A stretch of DNA of 64,000 nucleotides, taken from NCBI GenBank assembly GCA_965112155.1, contig OZ218103.1; one strand, written 5' to 3'. Source of the DNA: Podarcis liolepis (taxonomy: Eukaryota). Under the pieces are notes generated by a model. The model was not told where the DNA came from, ran no database searches, and worked only from the letters and a program-made list of their open reading frames with translations. Both the position numbers and the translations under genes were made by a program. Shown here in pieces: positions 57,801 through 64,000 of this stretch. Position 1 is the first letter of the stretch, and the number at the start of each line of letters is the position of its first letter.

Positions 57801-59792
57801 GTCATTTGTTCAATAGTGTAAGGGGGGAGGGGGAGAGAGAGAAGGGGGAGGGGCACTTGCACCAGCCACAATCTAGATAGGGTGCAAAGTAGACCTTAAA
57901 GATCAGGAAACATTTTATTAAGAATGTAAGTGGTGCAAAACACCCCCACAAAATCTTTGGTTTGGAAAATTAGATGTTTTGTTTGAGTGGTAAAGGCAAC
58001 AATTCACTTGGTTGGGCATGCAAACATAAGAGCAGCCCTGCTGGGTCAAGCCAAAGGCCCATCTCCTCCAGCTTCATGTTCTCATCATGGCCAAACCATA
58101 GGCTTCCAGGAAGCCTGCAAGCAGCGCCTAAGCACAGCGACAACAGTTGTTTCCCAGCAACATGCAGCATCTGACAGTGGAGGTGGGACATGGAGAGCAG
58201 CTGGACATCCAGAATAACACATTTGCAACTTTTCCTTGGTTCTGTCCTGCAACATCACCTAGTCAAACACATTCAACCACTTCATACCATTGGGGCTGAT
58301 GCAACAGGGAGTAGAGAAGAGAATCTTATGGTCAGGCAGTGGGTATTTTGTACCCCAACTTTTGAATAAATTCATGGTTGAGCAGTAAGCAGGAAGTACA
58401 GCGAGGATGTGGAGTTTTAGCAGCAACACCTTTAAAAGATTCAGTGCCATTCTCACCCCAGATTGTATTACTTGCTCCCCAAAGGGGGCTAATCCAAGAG
58501 TAATGCTTGTTTTTATTTGTTTAACTCCTATACTTATTATTGAGGGTAGGAAGTGTCCAGACTTTCTGACCAGTGCCATTTATATGAGTTTACAGCAGTG
58601 GCCCTTCTCTAATTCTCTGGACTTGCTCTTAAATTTAATTCAGAGCATCAAGTGAAATCAGAAGGGTACTTTTGACAATTTCATAGAATCACTGCTTCTG
58701 TTTTTGTATGAAGTTGTGATTTATTATTCTGGCTTTTTGTCTTTGCTATATTTTGTATATGCTTGAAACTATTTATGGATTAAACCAATATCTGTAAGAT
58801 TTGATTGACATACCAGATATGTTGTTGTCCTAGCAGCAATCTTCAAGGACTTTCATTGTTTGTGTGGACTAGGTTATAAGTGCTATTCAGGGACTACAAT
58901 ATGATACCTTTCTTACATGGATGACAATGATTTTTTGCAACTCTGTATGTTACAGAATTGATTGGATTATATTTATATAACTGTGTTTTTTCAGCTTTGT
59001 GACGATAAACTGCAGGTTAACTTGCTCTGTATGCAAAATGGGCTGGGTTCCTTTTATATATGATTTTAATAGAATTTAATAGTTTCTAGAGGCAAGAATT
59101 GCATGTACATTTTTGGGGTTAAAAACAATAACACTTCTGAACTCGTCTGATCTCTCTCTTGCTTGGAATGATATAAGGGAGATGAAGTAAAGGTGCAGAA
59201 CTCTCACTATTGCATCATTTATAACAATTAAACAGCATAAAAATTAAATAGGATCTGCTTTACATCAAGATGAATTAACCATCTAGCTCAATTTTAATGG
59301 CTCTGCTATTGATTTAAATGGGTCTACTATTGAGTATCTCTGGCTGTGCTAACTGGCAGCATGTTGTGGAATCTTAATTTTTTTCTGGCCCATCTATGTG
59401 AGATTGTGTTTAATGGAAAATACTGTACTGTGGTTTGAAGCTGGGACACTATTCTTATAAACCAATGTGTTATGGTCCCACCAAAAGATGCATCTATACT
59501 GCCAGTCCTTAAATGCCTCCTTTCTCTGTATTTTTAGTTCTGTTGGTCTCACAGAATAAGAAACATTTAAGTGAAACAAACAAACACAAAAAGTATGGGG
59601 CATGACTTTGCTTAACCATTGCTTTTACAAGTGTGCTGTGTATGCACCTTAAAGCTGAAGGGTCTTGAAATATTCTTTTATACTATTATGAATTTGGTCA
59701 TGGTGATAGGCACTCTGGCAGAACACACAAAAGCAACCAACACGCCTCTTCTCATTGAAACCCACTCTGAACTTGCAACTTGGTTTTATTAG

Positions 59793-59976
59793 AAACATGA
59801 GAAGCTGCATTGTACCCAGTCATGTTAAACTGAGTTCAGTACTGTCTACGTGGATTGGCAGTGGGCTCAAGCACTGCCCAAAGAAAGTCTTCTGCAGCCC
59901 TACTGAAGATACCAGGGATTGAGATCTCTCCCTGTTTACATGCCAAGCATATGTTCCACCAGTGAGCTACATCCCT
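59793..59976 (-). mobile_element. Degenerate tRNA-derived SINE
   Basis: Minus strand GGGATGTAGCTCACTGGTGGAACATATGCTT...; same family as 37781 and 49010. Confidence 0.65.
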
Positions 59977-61379
59977 TCTGCTAGTGGTGTATAAATATGG
60001 CAACTAACATTTAACCCACTGGTTTATTATATATGCTATAATCAACATCATTCTTGGAAATAGCTTTAAAGGTAGGTCTTCTATTTATACAAGTGGAAAC
60101 AAGACCTTGTAACAGCTAATGGTTTGAGATATGGAAAAGAATTGTTTTATTGTGCACATCCAATAAAATAGTCAGGTCCTCTAGATAAAAAATAAAGGGT
60201 CAAGAGCAATTAGCTTAAATGCTAGAACTGTTCTTTTTTATTAATGTTTGCCTGAACCATTAGGCTTCATAAAAGGCTGCTTTTTCAATGCTGTTGTGAT
60301 TGTGGAGGTTGTGCATGCTACCATTTTACCTTTTAAAAAAATTAAACACATATAGCACTTCTTGCTTTAGCAACAACCAAAGCTGCAAGTTGTACAAATT
60401 CAAAACAGTTGCAAGGCATTTGTAGCATCTTGAGACATGTCCTAAATGGGGAGGTGACAACCTGATGACTTTGGGCCCTTTTGGAAGGAAGGGCGGGATC
60501 ACTGAGCTCCGTGAGATTGCAGTAAACCTAGTAATGCTCTCCCTGAAACAGGGAGTGCAAGTATTATTAAAACAATTGTTGTCCATCCAGGCCAGCTATG
60601 TGTTGGAAAGCATAGGATCAGATTATTGTTATTTATTTATTAGAATTGCAGAATTGAAAGGGATCCTAAGGGTTATCTAGTCGAATCCCCGCCAATGCAG
60701 AATCATACCTGACAAATGGCCACTCAACATCTGCTTAAAAACCTCGAAGGAAGGAGAGTTTTCCCTTGAGTACTAGAGACTAAGAGTGTCTTTGTGACAG
60801 CTGTATTTACCAATAGGGACTGGGCCATGGTGGTGCTGTGGTCTAAACTAGTGGTTCTGAATTAGCTAATTACTGATGACCCCTTATCTTTCAAAAGCCA
60901 AGTTATGGACCCCCTACTTTTGAAAAATTTGATAACTATGGTAGTTACCTGTGCAAAGCAAACTTTTGAAGAAAATGTGGGGCAGCCCCTAATAAGCAAA
61001 TAATTTTAGGTATACTAAAAAACAACAACACACAAGACCATAAAATTTGTGATCTTACTACAAATTGCCTATTCCCAGACAGTGGGTAAAACTTGTCTTT
61101 ATTGCTCCACTACAACTGAATAATGGAATTGTGTCCCTAACTTGCTCGTTGACTCACAGTGCTCAAACCAGCCAGCTGGGGGTTCCCAAGTCCTCACTGG
61201 GCTCTTACCTTCACACAGCTGTCAACGTTTCCCTTTTTCAAAGGGAAATTCCCTTATTCCTCGCAAGAAAAGGGGAAAGTTGACAGCTATGTATCTTCAG
61301 CGTTAGCAATTGCTGCTGCAGTACAATGTTACCCAGCCCGTCCTAGAGCTCTCCTTTTCTCGCTTTTTCTTCTGCGCTG

Positions 61380-62200
61380 TACGCTGGTCTTGCTTTGTAA
61401 CCCTGACGAACCCTCACTGAGCACGGAAGCCTACAAGGCTGCTCCTGTCCGGACCATCCCAGCTCCACTTTGCAGAGGACCCGCAGCCCGCCTGAGCATG
61501 CGCCACGCTTAGCGCGTGCCCTCTAGGTGGCGCTCTAAACACCCAACGCCCGCCCTGCGCGAGGCTCCTCCTCCTTTACGTGAGAATCTTCTGCGCACGC
61601 GCAGCGCCTTTCCCACGCCCCTCCGCGCTCGCAGTGCGCACGCGTGGCCTCGCCGGGCTCTCCTCCTGTCGCTTTGCGCCGGGCGGGCTAGCTGTCTGTC
61701 GAGCGTCTTCCTCCGTCCTGAGCCGGCGCCGCTCCTCGGCTTCCAGTCGCTGCCCTCCGGCGCCATGGTGCTCGACCTGGACCTCTTCCGCGCCGACAAA
61801 GGCGGAGACCCTGAGCTGGTGCGGGAGACGCAGCGGAAGCGCTTCAAGGACCCGGCGCTGGTGGACGCGCTGGTGGCCGCCGACGGGGCCTGGCGGAGAT
61901 GTACGTGGGGCTATGGGTGGATGGGGGTGTCAGATAAGGCTGTAGGGGTGTCGTTAGGAAAGAGGCAGAAGAGAAAGAGCGACGCCCCAGCAGGCAGCCT
62001 AAGGGGGCCTTTGCGACCCCGACACGTGTCTCCCCATCCTCACGTTTCTTCCTTGAACCTCTTTCACGCTACCTCTGTGAGGAGCCGCGTTTGAACTCCT
62101 CGCCTCGGTGGCGTCCGGCGTGGGATAAGGGGTGAGGCCCGTGAGAAGAAAGGGGCTCCTCACGGCCGTGTCTTCCCTCCCCGCCGTCGTGTGAATGGGC
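61380..62200 (+). promoter_or_regulatory. SARS1 CpG island promoter
   Basis: High CpG; NRF1-like GCATGCGC and TGCGCACGCGCA motifs; CTCF-like motif at 61517-61535. Confidence 0.8.
61765..61900 (+). CDS. SARS1: SARS1 (cytoplasmic seryl-tRNA synthetase) exon 1
   Basis: gccATGG Kozak context; MVLDLDLFRADKGGDPELVRETQRKRFKDPALVDALVAADGAWRR; donor T|GTACGT. Confidence 0.96.
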
Positions 62201-62569
62201 ACACAGACCTCTCTTTCTCTCTCACTCCCCCCCCCCCCCCAGCCATGAGGTTCAACGGGGAGGGATGACCCTGCGGCCAGTTTTTGCTTCTGCTGCTTTA
62301 TTTCTAGGCCCCGGTCGAAGGGGAAGGTTTGGAGTGGCTCTTTTGAAACATCGGGGGAAGTCATCCCTTCAGAGGGCTTCAGGGCGCTCCCATCTGTCTT
62401 CCCCACCCCTCCCAAAAGTGTAGGGTGTTGTTGTTTTAATTGTATTTCCCAATTAGGGTTTTCCTCTTCTCTTCGCTGTCCTCTCTGGTGTTTCACAGCT
62501 GCATTGCCCTTTAAATGGACGGGCTTGCGATTTGGCAGGACGCTGTTCAGGCATTGGTGCTGCCTAGTC

Positions 62570-62578
62570 TGATGCAAT
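62570..62578 (+). promoter_or_regulatory. C/EBP-ATF response element (CARE, ATF4 site) in SARS1 intron 1
   Basis: Exact TGATGCAAT; aminoacyl-tRNA synthetase genes are established ATF4 targets. Confidence 0.55.
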
Positions 62579-63619
62579 CCTGCTGTAACCAGCATCATAG
62601 AAAGTGACTCTGGCACGCTAGAGCTCATATCAGCCGCAGCACTGCTTCATTTTCTGTGGGCATGTTTCCTTGCCAGCGATTTTGATAACTTGTGTTAAAT
62701 GCCTTTTACATTGTGCTTTACATTGTGACAAAGTGTTGGTAATATTGCCTGTGATGAAAGATGTGCTTTATTCCCTCTAACCAGAAAATGAGGGGCAGGG
62801 GGGGGGGAGGAAATGGAATGGGCCTGTCACTTCAGGTGCCTGAGACCACTGCTACTCATTTAGAATCAGATGGAGGTTCACCATATGATCCTATGCCCCA
62901 AACCATCTCTCCTAGACTTCATTTTCAATATCTCCAGTATGCGGGTAGTGAGGAGTCTATGAAATGATATAGAATTCAAATTGTAATATAATAAAATACA
63001 AGATATACTAAATTAAAGAAGCCATCATTATAGAATTTAAAGTTATACAGCATCTAGCAGATTGTGTTTAAGTTGCTGTAGAAATCATTAAGTGATTTCT
63101 AAGACCTTTAGCAGTTTTCAAGTAAAGCATTGCCATCAAGTACAGCGTTGGCTGCTGTCTGTATATGGAAATTTTGGAAGTAGGATGAGGAATACTTTGA
63201 AATATATATATCCAGCAACAATAACAACTAAAATAAAAATGAGATATTCAATTTATGCTAAACTTCATTTTACTGTACCATGCAAAAATCATAATGAGTG
63301 TTCAGAATTGGAAGCTGCTTCCTTTGGTAGTGGGAGTGTTCTGTATTTGCAGGCCTCTGAATTGCATCTTCTTGCTGAGATTAAATGAGAAAAAGCATAT
63401 GCCATCACTTCCCATAATACTTTACAAACTACTATCCTTTCTCAGAGGTTGCCTGGGTATTGTAACTTTTGCGCAGTATCATGCATAATATAAGATAAAA
63501 TCTCCAGTTTAACAGAATGAACGTATTTTAATCTGTGCTACACCCATAGTAGCAGCAGCAGCCGCCAGATAGTTCAATAGACTTATGATTTTGTGTAGAA
63601 ACTTATCCTTTAAATGTAG

Positions 63620-63775
<156 letters not shown>

Positions 63776-63961
63776 TGATGTATGCCATTTTGTTTTGTGA
63801 TTAACTGTGCTAGAAAACATGTAGAGTTCAATCAGTGGCATGAAAAACGCCATTAGGGAAATAAAAGGATTGACAGATTGGGAGCTGTCCAGAAGAAAAG
63901 TGGTATGTCTGAGAGTATGATGATGAGGCAGCATGCTCAACTATACTATTAATTTTAATAT

Positions 63962-64000
63962 TAAAGGTAAAGAGACCCCTGATCATTAGGTCCAGTCATG
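63962..64000 (-). mobile_element. Sauria SINE 3' end, cut off by the window edge
   Basis: TAAAGGTAAAGAGACCCCTGATCATTAGGTCCAGTC, recalled as the reverse complement of the lacertid Sauria SINE tail. Confidence 0.7.

Noticed and set aside
61999-62628. 209-aa antisense ORF in SARS1 intron 1
   Set aside because: No recognisable homology; explained by GC-rich island sequence.

Overview
Vertebrate genomic DNA, most likely from a squamate and probably a lacertid lizard, inferred from the repeat content (Sauria-SINE tail, tRNA-Lys/CR1-tail SINEs, CAGTGGTACCTC mariner MITEs). The window matches the CFAP276(C1orf194)-ELAPOR1(KIAA1324)-SARS1 block that I recall from human 1p13.3. It holds CFAP276 coding exon 1 (minus strand), the complete 22-exon ELAPOR1 CDS (3947..54829; 3060 nt, 1019 aa; all introns GT-AG with consistent phases) and SARS1 coding exons 1-2. 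The rest is intronic or intergenic DNA rich in transposable elements. Most notable observations: (1) a perfect, tailless 37-nt U2 snRNA 5' retrocopy with a 17-bp target-site duplication (TSD), nested in a SINE and antisense in ELAPOR1 intron 18, so the pre-mRNA carries an exact complement of U2 nt 1-37; (2) a Penelope remnant between the two promoters with an intact minimal type-I hammerhead ribozyme and a TSD that also occurs inside the element; (3) RFX X-boxes at both ends of a TE-expanded head-to-head promoter; (4) an ATF4 response element in SARS1 intron 1 and a CTCF motif upstream of SARS1. I found no new protein-coding system. Gene and repeat names come from recalled sequences, not database searches.
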